DNA of 64,000 bases from Octopus sinensis. Taxonomy: Eukaryota. The notes under the pieces were generated by a model. It saw only the letters and a program-made list of their open reading frames with translations. It did no database searches and was not told the DNA's origin. The position numbers were made by a program, and so were the translations under genes. Shown here piece by piece: positions 1-12,700 of this stretch (position 1 is its first letter; the number at the start of each line of letters is the position of its first letter). The stretch lies in NCBI RefSeq assembly GCF_006345805.1, contig NC_043007.1, positions 61,132,001 to 61,196,000 of the forward strand, written 5' to 3'.

Positions 1-533
1 CTAATATTTTTTATGTCTGCTATTTCAGTACAATTCTGCACATGCATGAAACATCAGATGTAAATGAAATATAGGGTGTTTTTAACTTTTTGAAAGCAGG
101 TAAGTGATGGGTGGGCAAGGTGGGGGAAGAGGCATGGAATGTTTCTTTAAGAAAAATTAAACTTTAAAAAAAAATATATTTCCCAGATTCGTAATCTCTG
201 TATTTTTCTACATGGATAAATAAAGAAAATTCATTAAAAAGTTACAAATTAAGAAATTGCAGTGGGGACAGGGGAAACTAAAATTTTGAAATTGTGATTT
301 CTGGGCAAAATTGCATTAGCCCCCTTTTATATGATGAAACAATACATAGTTTGTGATCCTTCTTAGGAACAGAAAGCACTTTCATGCAAACCCATGCAAA
401 TTGTACCATCCCCCACTTCACTTTTAAACAAATAATAACTTCCATTATGCCAGTAATCCAGTTCACTATATATCAGCTGTGTTGATTCTTCCCATAAGAA
501 AGGAACAAATAATACAATATGGCTGTAGTTCAT

Positions 534-566
534 AACGCCCGGGCAATGTTGGGATGCATTGCCAGT
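534..566 (+). mobile_element. Possible decayed Helitron 3' end
   Basis: GC-rich hairpin cccgggcaatgttggg followed ~9 nt later by CCAG|T (decayed CTAG|T). Confidence 0.35.
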
Positions 567-1099
567 AATATATAAACAAACAAGTTAAATAGCTATTAGT
601 ATACTCAATAATTAATGAGGATTATATTTCAACTATCCTCAACAATATCAGATTTAAAAGGACCACCCTGTCTCTAGAGAATATTTACCATTGGCAAGTG
701 GTAAATAGTTAATGTCTTGACAGAGAGTAGAAACCAACCAAACCAGATTTTTCTGCCTACTGCTCTATTGTTCTTTGGCTGCACGTCAGCTTTCATTGGG
801 AAGACAGAGGATCGAAAACATTCCAGCTGTGAAAAACATACCTTTTTTTTTCTCAGATGTTATTTACCTAGCATTATGTTATCTAACATCTTGTCCTTGT
901 GGTTGTTGTTTAGCCTCATATTAGCTCCAATCAAGCAAACCTATGAGCAAAGACATTTTAATTGTGACCATCCTGTCTTGTGCAAACAAAATGAATCTAG
1001 ATGCATTTTTTTTTTTGCCTTAAAGAATAAGGTTTGTCTTAAAGATGCTGTCTGTGCTATACTGAAGATGTCCATTCTCCAGGAGAAAAACTCTGTGGT

Positions 1100-2150
1100 A
1101 GTATGACCTAGCATTTGTAGTGATGTTGAGAGTTCTAGCTGTATACTGTTTATATTTAGGAGGAGGGGTAGGATATGGTTTTCTTATACACATGGTAACT
1201 TTGTGTGTTGCTTAAGGAAATAAGACAGGCATGACATCATTGCATAATATTTTTGAAGTTCCAATACATGGAATCAATGCAGATTTGGTAGGAGGTGTCT
1301 TGATTGTACATAGATGAAATTTGGATGGGGAAAGTTAGGAGAATTAAGGGTAGTATCATCTGCATAGGAGTGGGCATTGTTGGAGTGATAGTAAACAAGT
1401 CACTGATGTATAGGAGGAAGAGTGCAATGGACAAAAACCTTGAGGCACACCAGTATTGATACTGTGTAGACCAGAGAGGACAATCAACACGTGTTGTGAT
1501 GCTGGGACCTGCCAGGAGGTTACTGACTCAAGAGATGCGAGATGAATCACAAGGTTAATTGGTTTTTCTAGGAGACTTGCATATTAAACAAGTGGTTAAA
1601 TGTTTTGCTTATGTCAAGTGCAAAACACTGTTTTCAGCTAATTACTTGAGGATGAGGGCTCACTAGTGAGTGACATTGATGATTTGATCCCCAATAGATC
1701 TTAATTTATGAAAGCCATACCAAGTCATTATTAAAACAGAAGGATTGAAGATGGTGTTTGTTAGACTGCTTCCGTACCTTTTAGATGTTGGAAATGAATA
1801 TGATAGAATGATGTCTGGCAGGGACAAAAGGAAAGTGTTACACTGCACTGTTTTTAAAGTTCTGGATATATTCAAGAAGATAGAGAGATCAAAGCATTTA
1901 GTGTGGTTAATGACTAACTTTGGGATACATCAAGAATAATGGAAAGGGGATTGTAATGACTAGTGGCCTTGCTGATATGAAGTGACCAGAGGTACTTATG
2001 TACTTGATGTGTTTATGTAGATGGTGGTGTGTCCGTGGAGTGGATAAGGGTAGTTTTAGAGAAGATTGAACTAGTGTGCACTATGGGGAGTTGGATGCAA
2101 ATGCAGAGACTTTCTCTGCAGGTCATACTCAACCATTATATTTGAGAAGT
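1100..2150 (-). mobile_element. Decayed LINE (CR1/L2/Jockey-like) reverse transcriptase fragment
   Basis: Minus-strand fragments YGF..RSIGD, NTGVPQG, LFLLYISDL and a YADD-like motif in shifting frames. Boundaries approximate. Confidence 0.75.
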
Positions 2151-2944
2151 GTAGGTCAGGAGGACTTTGTAAAGTTGGTTGAAATCCTTTTGCCAAGTGA
2201 CTAAAAGGACCAATTACAGTTTGGGAAGCAGGATAGACTGTAAGACTCATACAAACAATTCAACAACTGGAACTTTGTTATCCATACAAAACTCTAGGGT
2301 GAATATAAATATATATATTGAAGAGCATCTCAGATATCAACAAATGAAGGATATAATTAAAAAAGAATTCTGCTCAGGGATCCAAAACATCTAGATAATG
2401 AGCTAAATTTAAAAATACAAAAAAACAAAAAACAAAACAAGATCGAGGCTAGCATTATATTAGTAACTTTACTTACAGTAAGATATTTGAAGCTAGTTTG
2501 AGTGGGGTTAAAAATTGGCCGTGTGCTAAGAGTGTTATATATTTCATATACAGATGGAAGGCTAAAGTCTTTTTGCAGGTAAGCAGTAGTAAAGAATACA
2601 TGTTGAGCCAGCATCGTTTCATAACAGATTGCTATTTGTAGTGGTATTAGCAACCACAGTACAATTGTCATGTGACAACAATGCAAAGAGTTTGTTATAA
2701 CAACTGTATATATCATGACAGAGCTTTTAGTATGCATGAATATAATTTAAAGACTTTTGATTGGATATCTTTTCATTGGACCATAACATATCAATAGAAA
2801 GAGCTCCAACAAGCCAGTGTATGAGCTTTTATCAATTTGGTCAAGATTTTTTAAACTAGTTGTTAAATATCCCTTTTGAAAATTTCAAGTCTCTTTAAAA
2901 CAGAGACCATATTTTAAATCTCAAATTTGAGGCTAGCAGTATGC

Positions 2945-3439
2945 CACTGTAAAAATAGAACGCTATTGCTAGGACACTGACCAAACAACATTCACCTCAA
3001 GTATCTTAGAGCTTCATATCCAGACAGCTTCTAAGTATTTACTTAGCAACCCTATATTTTAAGTATTAATGAAGTAAAACTGAATTAGGTTATTTTACAA
3101 GACAAGTAACAACTTGCAAACTTTTCGGGGATCAGCTTCTCTCCTATTATCTCTCTTCTTTTCATTAATAATATTCAGTTAATTACCACTAGCTTCACTC
3201 AATGTATTTCTGATAATTTTTTCTATTATTAATATAATATAAGAGAAGTTGATCCTTGAAAAGTTTGCAAGTTGTTGCTTATCTTGTTAAATAGCCTAAC
3301 TCAGTTTTACTTTAGTATTATTTAAAATATAGTATTGCTAAGTAAATACTTAGAAGCTGTCTGGATATGAAGATTTAAGATGCTTAAGGTGAATGCTGTT
3401 TGGTGTGTGTCCTAGTAATAGCATTCTATTTTTACAGTG
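2945..3439. mobile_element. Foldback MITE, CACTA/EnSpm-like (CACTG...CAGTG)
   Basis: ~205-bp imperfect inverted arms (2945-3150 vs 3235-3439) starting CACTGTAAAAATAGAA, with GC flanking both ends (2-bp TSD). Confidence 0.75.
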
Positions 3440-4387
3440 GCTTACTCTAAAGCAGTGAGCTGGGAGAATTAAGCATTGGGAAGAATACTTTGTGACATTT
3501 CTTTCAGTTCTTTACATTTCAATTTACAGTTAACATTTTAAATACCACTAAGGTCAACTTTGCTTTTCATCCCTCTGGGGTCAATAAATAAAGTACCCAT
3601 CAAATACTTGAGTTGCTGCAATCAATAAACACTCCTCCATACATATCTGAGATAATTCTTCCTCTTCTTTGATGTCTCACTGGCATCTGACACCGTATTC
3701 AACAGAAAGTCACTCACCAAATCCTACCTAAATGAGTATTTCTAATCAATTGCTGTACTATTACATTTTGCTTTAATAAACTCAGTTTGTTACAACTTGC
3801 TGACTGCACATTTTGTTTACTTGGATCCTTCTACTACACCTGCTTGGATTCTCGACATCTGAATCATGTTTCTGTTAAAACAATCCTACCATCTAGTGAT
3901 ATACTTAATTATTCAGTTTAATAACTAGCTTTCTTCTATTGTTCCCTTCCACCCACGAATAAACTGATGTCATTAACTCATCTTATCTCATTCAATTCTT
4001 CATCCTCCAGATAAGAATGGACAATGCTGCCTTCATGCAGTGTGATCCCTTCCACTGATAAGATAAAATGAAAAGAAGATAAGGCTGACCTAAATGAGCT
4101 GCTTTGGTACTAACATACTTAATGTAGTAAAACAAAAATGTTTACTAAAAAGATTACCCCATTCATTACTAGTTTATTCAGCTCAAGAAAAGTAGGGGAA
4201 CAATTTCAAAATTAAAATTATTTAATTATTGGATATGTATACGGAGAGTATGGGCCTGACTTTTCATAAGTAAATTTACTTATGAAAGTAAATTTACTCC
4301 TGACATATTTTGGTCTTACTTAACCTCCTCAGTAAAACCTTTACCAGTGCTAGCAGACCGTAAGGTGACTGAGGGATATAAAGAGTT

Positions 4388-6563
4388 CAGTGTTGCCAAC
4401 TTAAAATCAGAATTTTATGCTAAATTTCAGTAGAAAAAATACCAAAAAATTGCTAAAAAATGCTAAAGACTAATTATATCAAAAAGCTTAATTTTTATTT
4501 ATTTTCTTTAATTATATTCAGTATTGAGAAATAATTTCTTGAATTTCACTGATTTGCTCACTTTCAGCTGTAGTGCCTAGGTCTTGACTTCTGTATACAT
4601 TCAAGGTCCCAATCTTGTTAATTATGCGTTTTGGAATAGCGAAGTTTTTGCAATATTTGCCATATCTTTTCAGGCCATATTTTATAGACAGTATTGATCT
4701 AAGCATAGGAAGATGCATTTTCAATTTTGATTTGATTACATCCATACTATAGAACAACTGTTCAACTTCTGCATTTGAGTTTGGCAATGTGAATAGATTA
4801 ATGGCAAAATTTGCAACATCTCTAAAAGGATTTCCTCCAGTAGCATCTTTATATTCCAAGACTTCCAGTCAGAATGCCTCAGTATTAGATGTATTTGTCC
4901 ATTTAACTAAATGAATGCTATTAAACTGAATTTCAATTGAAGCAATTATTTTTTCATTTAAATGCATTGCTTCTAAGACAGGTAAAATTGGCTCTTTGAA
5001 ATGCTGCAAAATATTCTCTACTGAAAAACATTTGATATTCCTCAGTATATTGATATTTCCTGGTAAACAGTGTTCGAGCTCTTTACAAAGGCAGAGTAAA
5101 AATTGTTGTGCTCTTTTGCAAATATTATTTTCTTTGGTGGCTGTTATAGTTCTCTTGATAATCATTTCTGCTATCTTTCTCTCTAACCTGTAGCCTAAAT
5201 TTGGTTTAGGATTCAGAAATTTTTCAATAGAAGCATGAGGATCAAGAGCATCAATTCTACATGTTGGCAACACTATCATATTAGCAACAGGTTTGATTGA
5301 ATTTAAAAGACCTTCAAGTAATTTTGTTTTGTTGACAGTGTTTGATTCAAACAGTTTATTCACTTCTTGAACATGTTTTAAAATTGGATGCAAAAATAAA
5401 AGGTAAAGTTCTTTCCTAGAATCATGAGACATCTCATGTAACATTTGTACTGTAAAGCATTTTTCTTTTGTAGTTGTAGTTTGGAAGTGAGTTTGCAATT
5501 CAAACCATTGGCTTAAAATTTTATGTACTGCTGGTTCTATTGACAGCCACCTAGTTGTACAAGAATTCAGGATCTTCAAAGGCTCTTTATCATTGATAGC
5601 AAGGTAAAGTTGTTTGTAGGCACTTTATCTTGTTGAAGAATGAGAGGACCATTTATAGGTTTCAGATACTAAAAATTCTAAATTTATGGGTAAGCATACA
5701 CATCCAAATAGAAGTAATGATGGAATTTCTTTAATTTCTGGAAAACACCATTGTTGACTCATTACTCTAGCATTGTCGGTTCCTATAGCCAGTAAAATTT
5801 TTATATCTAATTTCTTTTTCACTAATTCAATTTTTAAGGCATCTACAATGCCATCTGCATCACATGTTTCTAAAGATACCATACTGAGATATGTATGTAC
5901 CACTTTTTTGTGAGTGTCACTATAATATATGATAATAATAATTCCTAACAACTTGTTTATCGCTATATCATTGCATTCATCTAATAACAGGCTAAATTTA
6001 TATCTCCTATATCAGAAATCAAATCTCCATCAAAATATGGAGCTAGAACATTTTTCACAATATTTGCACATTATGTACATCACTACAGAATAAAGCATTG
6101 TTAGAACGAATTTCCATGCTTTCATTCTTTGCAACATATTTACATTATTGTGTTGTGAGTTCAAGTGCTGACATGAGTTATCTACTTCCCCTCCCCCATC
6201 AGCACCACTCTGTATCCAAGTCGGTAGGGTGGGTGGGCTCGAAAAGTTCATAATTTGATAAACTTCCTTTTGATAAACTTTCATTTGAAGTTTCAAGTGA
6301 AAGAATAATTCAACAATAGCCGATAGTACCCAATTTGGCTGTAAGATACTTCAACGAAAGTAGAAAAGGAGGAAATAGAAGGAAAAAAAGGTAACTATTG
6401 TGGAAATGTCATAAGAGAAAAATGCTAAAAAAATGCTAAATAAAATTTTAAACGTGCTATTTTCCCTGCTAAATGCTAGATTAAAAAATTTTCAGTTAAA
6501 TGCTGAAAAAAAAAAAAAAAAAAGGCTAGATCTTGCATAAAATATGCCAAATTGCCAACCCTG
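4388..6563 (-). mobile_element. hAT DNA transposon with both ends present and a decayed transposase
   Basis: Imperfect TIRs CAGTGTTGCCAA / TTGCCAACCCTG and a perfect 8-bp TSD AAAGAGTT (4380-4387, 6564-6571). Subterminal TGCTAAA repeats at both ends. Confidence 0.9.
4518..6100 (-). pseudogene. hAT transposase pseudogene (frameshifts and stops)
   Basis: ORF fragments 5625-5951 (IGTDNARVM), 4869-5579 (TRWLS) and 4518-4859 (LPNSNAEVEQLF, hATC dimerisation motif) are collinear on the - strand but broken. Confidence 0.85.
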
Positions 6564-6635
6564 AAAGAGTTTGAATGAATAAACATGGATAGGAGACACA
6601 ACTTGAAAGGATAATGGTGTTGAGGGAGAACAATA

Positions 6636-7406
6636 ACTCAGGGACGTCATTGGCTTCATAAAAGTTAAGCCAGTGTTTATATAACTTAATTTTGTGAACC
6701 AAAATATATTTTAATTAATTAAAATGTATCAGTAGTAGTAGTAGTTGGAAAGAGAGAAAGATAATTTATCTTAATGATTTATCCTGGTTAAAAACTATAA
6801 AATGAAAAACAAAACAAACACAGACAAGTTCAAAATATAAAGTAGGGTGTGAGTCTGATCTTTGGTAAATATGTTAATGACTTTGCATATGTTTGTGTAG
6901 AAAAACAGTCTTATATAGTACTTACTAGACCAGAATTAATAACAAAGATTATGGTTACTTTTTCTTCTCATTATAGATTTGTAGGTAATTGATTACAATT
7001 TTTTTTTGTGTTACTACATTAAGTATACCAGCATTGATCTGGTTGTTTATTTTTCATGCTGGTGTTTCTGGACCCATACTTTTAAGTTGTTGGCAAGTAC
7101 TGGTGAAAACTATAACTTGCTGAGGGGGTCAAATAATACCGAAACTCGATCGAAATTGTCATCATGCTTGCCAAAGATCAGGCTCACTTTCTATTGCATG
7201 TCCCCTTTTAATTCATTTAAATTTCGAAGTTATCTCACTTGACTTTTTTGGAGGGCTTGAAATAATAATTAAAAAAAAAAATAAAGAAAGAATTTTCTCC
7301 TCAGTACGAGCGTAATACTAGAATAATAATAATAAATTCTTCACTACATTAAGTACGTTAGCATCAACTTAACTCTCTATTTTTGATGCATATGACGTCC
7401 CTGAGT
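6636..7406. mobile_element. Possible degenerate MITE with 15-bp perfect terminal inverted repeats
   Basis: ACTCAGGGACGTCAT (6636-6650) and ATGACGTCCCTGAGT (7392-7406). No clear TSD. Confidence 0.45.
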
Positions 7407-7599
7407 AATTTGTCTGCTGGCTGTCATTTTCATAAAATAAGCATAGTTAAGGCGATAAATAAAATCTATTTTGTTAACATCTGCAAACTTTAAATACACA
7501 TAGTAATGCTCATTTATAGCTATCATTGTCCATACAATATACAGGGAATAACTTATAACTGTTTACTTCCATTAAATAAATATAAGGTATAATGCGTAT

Positions 7600-8019
7600 G
7601 GTTTACCATACAAATAGAAAAAAATTATCTTCCTCGACGTCAAGGAACTCTTTGCTAAAAAGAGGCTTCTTCGACGATCTTTTAACAGAAGAGATAAAAT
7701 TTTCGTCCGCAAATAAACATGGAGTACGATGGAAATTAAACTGCCTTCGAAATATATATCAGGTTTATTAAATGACAGTAAGATAAAGGTTTGCTATTGT
7801 CAGTTTTGTGATTAATGTGACAACGATAGAGAGTGTAGTAATTGTAATATCAGCAGCAGTAATAATGTTGTGGATGAGTGGAGGGGCGTGATTTGTTGAA
7901 ACAATGCGTTATATGAAGAGTGCCTTAGGACTGTTGATCATGGCTACTCCATTTGACAGCAGTAGACATCGTGCCACTGGTGCCCTTACCACCTTTTACC
8001 ATTGCTGGTCGCAGCGGAG
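7600..8019 (+). promoter_or_regulatory. CpG-enriched promoter / 5' UTR region of the RMDN gene
   Basis: CpG density is clearly higher than background directly upstream of ATG 8020. The TSS cannot be determined from sequence. Confidence 0.45.
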
Positions 8020-8273
8020 ATGATGCTGTTCAAAGCCTCCTCTGCTACTTTCCTTGCTCTTGGAGTAGGATTCATCCTCGGTGCCGGAGGATCTATCCTG
8101 TTCATGAAATACACAAATGATAGGCATGTTTTTGGAGTTTTGGAAAACTTGCTCATCAAAATCGATGAATTGAAATACCAAGTCGATAGTTTGAAAGAAG
8201 TTAATGCTGTGAAGAGGAATTATTCCCCGCTGGGGAGTAGCGGAGACGAGGAGTTTGTTGATGCGCAAGGAGG
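8020..8273 (+). CDS. RMDN3: RMDN-family gene (RMDN2/3, PTPIP51-like), first coding exon: N-terminal TM helix, coiled coil, FFAT motif
   Basis: ATG at 8020 with an in-frame upstream stop (TAG 7963). Encodes hydrophobic ATFLALGVGFILGAGGSILFM, heptad-like LENLLIKIDELKYQVDSLKEV and SSGDEEFVDAQG. Canonical donor GG|GTAAGT at 8273/8274 (phase 2), compatible with downstream exons. The region is CpG-enriched. Assignment to a specific paralogue (RMDN1/2/3) is uncertain. Confidence 0.8.
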
Positions 8274-8306
8274 GTAAGTTTATTTATATTATATATATTA
8301 TATATA

Positions 8307-8346
<40 letters not shown>

Positions 8347-8825
8347 CCTTTATTTTTTTCCTTGTCCTTTGTTGTCATACTCTCCTATTTGCTGTTGTTT
8401 TTGTAGATTATTGGCACCTAAAGAATTCCTTTTTTTTCTAACTGTAATGTCATTACCTTAAACAACCGTCGATTTTATAATCTGAAAAGATTCTCTTTCA
8501 ATTATTCATTTAGCTTAACTCTCCCACCCTTTTATTTCAAATTCTTAAACTTATCGATTTCTCACAACGATGCCACTATCAATACTATGGCGACTATTTC
8601 TGGAAGGGATTGAAACATTCCCCATCACTCAGATTTTATAATAAAATAAAATATTTTATGCATATTTCTTTTTTTACTCCCTTTTGTTATTGAGAACATT
8701 GATTATGACGAAAATAATACAATAATTTCTTTAAGAGTTTATGATATAAAGACACATTAGCAATGCTCCTTTGATGACACAAGTACATGTTTATTATATT
8801 TGTCGAGTCTTTTCAGTTTGTAGGG

Positions 8826-8903
8826 AGGGTAAATGAAATTTTGCGTTAGGATTTTTCTCAAGGGAGAGTAAATGAAATTTTGTAATAGAATTTTTCTCAA
8901 GGG
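8826..8903. repeat. Two-copy ~39-bp tandem duplication
   Basis: gtaaatgaaattttg...atttttctcaaggg occurs twice in tandem. Confidence 0.7.
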
Positions 8904-9455
8904 CATTACACTATATGTATGAAGTGAAACAACAACAGGCTTGTAAATTCGGCTCACCAATTGCTTTATCGCTACAGCCATTCGGCACAGTACATGTTTC
9001 TTAAATTGAATGTGAAATACTAAATGTCGTTGTGCGTAAAAAGCATGTGCATAAATAGTGGTAATGAGATTTTATGACATTCATGCCTTTTGCAAGGACT
9101 TTGTGCAGTAGGTGAAGTGAATTGTTTCACATGGGATTGGGAACCATTTCATCAGTTTTTAAAATTTTCTCTGACACCTGCAATTTGTTAATATTTTTTG
9201 GCGAAGTTAGGTTTTAGGTTCCCTTTTGTTACATATTCCCACATTCTTGGATATATATCAATAAATTCCTTCCTTTTTTTTCAATTGAAGTCGAGTTTTG
9301 CGGGGTAAAAACGAGTTTTTTTTCCCATTTTACTCAAATATGAAGCTGTTGTTGCAAGTGAACCATTTCGCTTAATTTATTCGCACTAGAATATCTTTTT
9401 AGTATTGTAGAATAAATTGGCGTAACTACAGAAGTGTCCCCAGCTGACTGTGTGC

Positions 9456-9760
9456 TTCTTCATATCCTGAAAAAATGTGTATTTTTTAATAAGATTTTCA
9501 ACAAATACATTTCAGATTGTGTAAATTATGAGAGTCAGAATTTGAAGTGGAGAAAAAAAAAAATTATGGGGTTGGAGGTGAATGTTGAATAATTCACACA
9601 CTTAATCAAAACGTACGAGGGAACAGTTTAGGTATGTAAATTATTCGAACTACTCAAATATTTTTCACTTCAAATTCTGACAATTTACATAATCTGAAAC
9701 GTCATTGTAGAAAATTTCATAAAAAGAAAACTTACATTTTTCAGAAAGTTATGAAGAAAC
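9456..9760. mobile_element. Old foldback/MITE with ~100-bp inverted arms
   Basis: ttcttcat...tttcagattgtgtaaatt...gtcagaatttgaagtg is mirrored by cacttcaaattctgacaatttacataatctgaaa...atgaagaa. Confidence 0.6.
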
Positions 9761-12700
9761 GAAGTTATGTCCATAAATTTCATATCACTTATATTTCAAA
9801 TCTCTCTCTCATATATAATCTTACTTCATTAATGTAGCTAAAAGAATAAAAAAAAAAGGTAATTAATTTGGGTTTTGATAGAACACTTTATTGTCATATG
9901 TTTGTGTTAGGATTGCTAAGAACTGCTTGGAATTTTGCTTCTGGATACCAAACAAATAATTGAAGTTTATTATTTCTGAAAGACAGTATTAATCAAACGT
10001 TGATTTCTTCATCCTCAGAATGTCATTTGTTATTTTTTTCTTTTTCAAACAGTTTTAGTTGGTATTCTGTAGAATTATTGGGTGCAATATTTATTCCATA
10101 TCTTCAGAAAATACATGTTTCTGTATTTTAAGACAAAGCCTGGTAAGAGCAATTTATCAGAGAAAGAGTAACTGCCCCCGTTTATCGAATTATTAGTGGT
10201 TAAATAATTGATTTGATTAATCAATTGAATATTAGAATATATATTTAACCATCTTCAATTAATTGTCTACATCAAACAACTATTTAGCGCCTATTACTTC
10301 AACATACATCTATAGATGTAATACATGCACACATTGACAGTATTGTATCCGAGAGTCACTGGATATTTCAGTGATTACAACAACACTCACCCTCATCCAA
10401 GCAACCCAACTTTTGGTCACGCTTAAGACCACACATTCTCAAACTGCAGCATTCAATGGTTGGGGAACTTGGTCCCGTTGGAAATACTACTTACTACGTA
10501 AGATCGTCATATTTATTACATTTAATCCGTAACAATCGTGGAACACATCACAATAGAAATATACTTCAAAACAGGAGTCTGTTATTCAAGGAAATCTGCA
10601 AAACTGACCAATTAGTTGTCTACATTTAATATTTTTACTAAATGATTTATGTGTTAAAGGTTTTCATAAAACTCTTGGAGTTTTATGAAAGTAGAAAGTA
10701 ATTGTATCAGAAGCAAATCCTACTTTGATTGTTTCTTTTAATTCTTCCAGTATCTATGTTAGGGGAAGACCAAGTTTAAATGTGTGTGTGTGTTAATGGG
10801 AGTAAAACAAGATTGATACCTTTCAAAGTAGTACTCAATAATACATAAAGAAGCTGTTAAGATTTTATTTATATATTGCTCATACTTAATATAATCACAT
10901 TTGACAAGACCTTTGGTTGAAATGGCTTTAGTGTAATCATTTAAATATGTCATCATCATTGTTATATAGTTACTTTCTATGCTTTCATGGACCAGACAGG
11001 AATGATCTTCATCTAGATGTGTTGGAGGACTGCATGCCATTCATACATGCATACGTATAATCATGCAAAATATATCTATAAAATGTATGTCCATGTTTGA
11101 AAACAAGAGTGAAAATACTCAATACAGAAATCTAATGTAATTATTAAAGTGCTGCAATTACTGTCTGCTACTGCTAGTAAATGTCTCTCACTGTGATCAA
11201 CAACAGGCATTCTTGAAACACTGAGTTGTAACAGAGAATGCTGACACTATTATATATATATATATATCTAATGATTGGGTTTTAGTTTCATGTCATTATT
11301 TCCTTGGACATATGTTACAGTTATCTCATGAAGTCAGTTACATTGAAATCTTGTGGGTTCAACATATTTCTATTTTCATAAATGAATGTTTGTGTATGTA
11401 TGTTATTTGTTTCAGGTTGTCGAGGACCTCTTTCAAGTTCTTCAGTTTTATTTTCTATTTTCCTAAGTACATTTCCTTCCTCGAAGAATGTTTATTTCAT
11501 TTACTTCATAATTTTTTATCAACATAATCAGCAAGTCTGAGATAGATATTGGTGACAGAAGTTGCTTTAATTGGAAATTGAAATCAAGTTTAGCATTTAG
11601 TTTGCTGAAAACTTATTGCCACTGCTTTGTCTAACTTTAAAATCAAGAAATGCCTATTATTTTAAAGAGAAATCCGTATTATAAGATTGTTGCGTCTATA
11701 ATTTGACATGAATAGGTTTGAAATTCATTTTAAAACTATCTTATTGGTAATTAATAGAGAGCTTCTTCGATACTAGTTTACTGATTACTATTTTACTGTT
11801 GAAATCCCTCTAAATCATTAATCCCTTCATCCTGTTTGGAGAAAACTTTTTGTAAGACTTAGAATTTGAGGAGTCTGGAGTCCTACATTGGTAAAAGTCA
11901 GTTCTATAAACATTTGATAGACATTTGATGTTATGTGCTGGAGTTCTACAGAAATTAGACATAAACCTCTATCATTATGAATTAACTTGTATGAGGTAGG
12001 AGTTGATTTTTTTTTTTATGAATGAGTGATAAGTGGAGCTTGGCATATGAAAACATGCAATGAAGTGATGAGGTCCCACCTCAAAATACTAAGCGTTGAG
12101 AACAAGATGACACAGGATTGAGAGGAGTGGTCACACTCTGTGCCATAAACTTAGTACAACCTATGTTAATATACAAAAACACATATGTTGATCAATGATT
12201 TTGATAAGTTCTTATCAAGATTCTGAGAACATAAAATATAATCTTCTTGCAATAATATATCCTGTGGTTGAGTCTGCTGTATAATTTATAAATTCCTTTC
12301 CTTAAAACAGTAAAAATAATTACAAGAATAGAAAATCTGTATGAAATTATATTCATTTATAATCTTTACATTTTCTGCTTTGGTCTGATTATTAACATTA
12401 TACTTTGATCCCATTTACTAAACAGATATGTTAGGCTTTCTTTTTGGCCTTGTTCATTAAATTCTTTTTCATAAAAATACCCAAGTATCTTGTATGTGTG
12501 TGGAAATAATATTTTTCTATATAGAATAATATACAAAAGAGAAATGTTTAATTCTGTTTGGAAGATCATGCAAATTCAAATTTGGTCATGATACCTGAAT
12601 GCTGTCTTGAGATCAAAGTACATTATTCTGAATCTATAAAAATAAATTCCCCAGTTTACCATCCATTTTAAAATGCAAGTTCTTTTGTTCTTATTTCAAT

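Noticed and set aside
7600-7745. Minus-strand open stretch (RTPCLFADENF...FVW) as an exon of a divergent gene
   Set aside because: No polypyrimidine acceptor, and the phase is incompatible with the candidate micro-exon at 7990-8002.
7996-8268. 90-aa minus-strand ORF
   Set aside because: Antisense shadow of RMDN exon 1, with no recognisable motifs.
10370-10500. CpG-containing stretch with AG/GT sites as an additional RMDN exon
   Set aside because: In-frame stop in the required phase and a weak acceptor.
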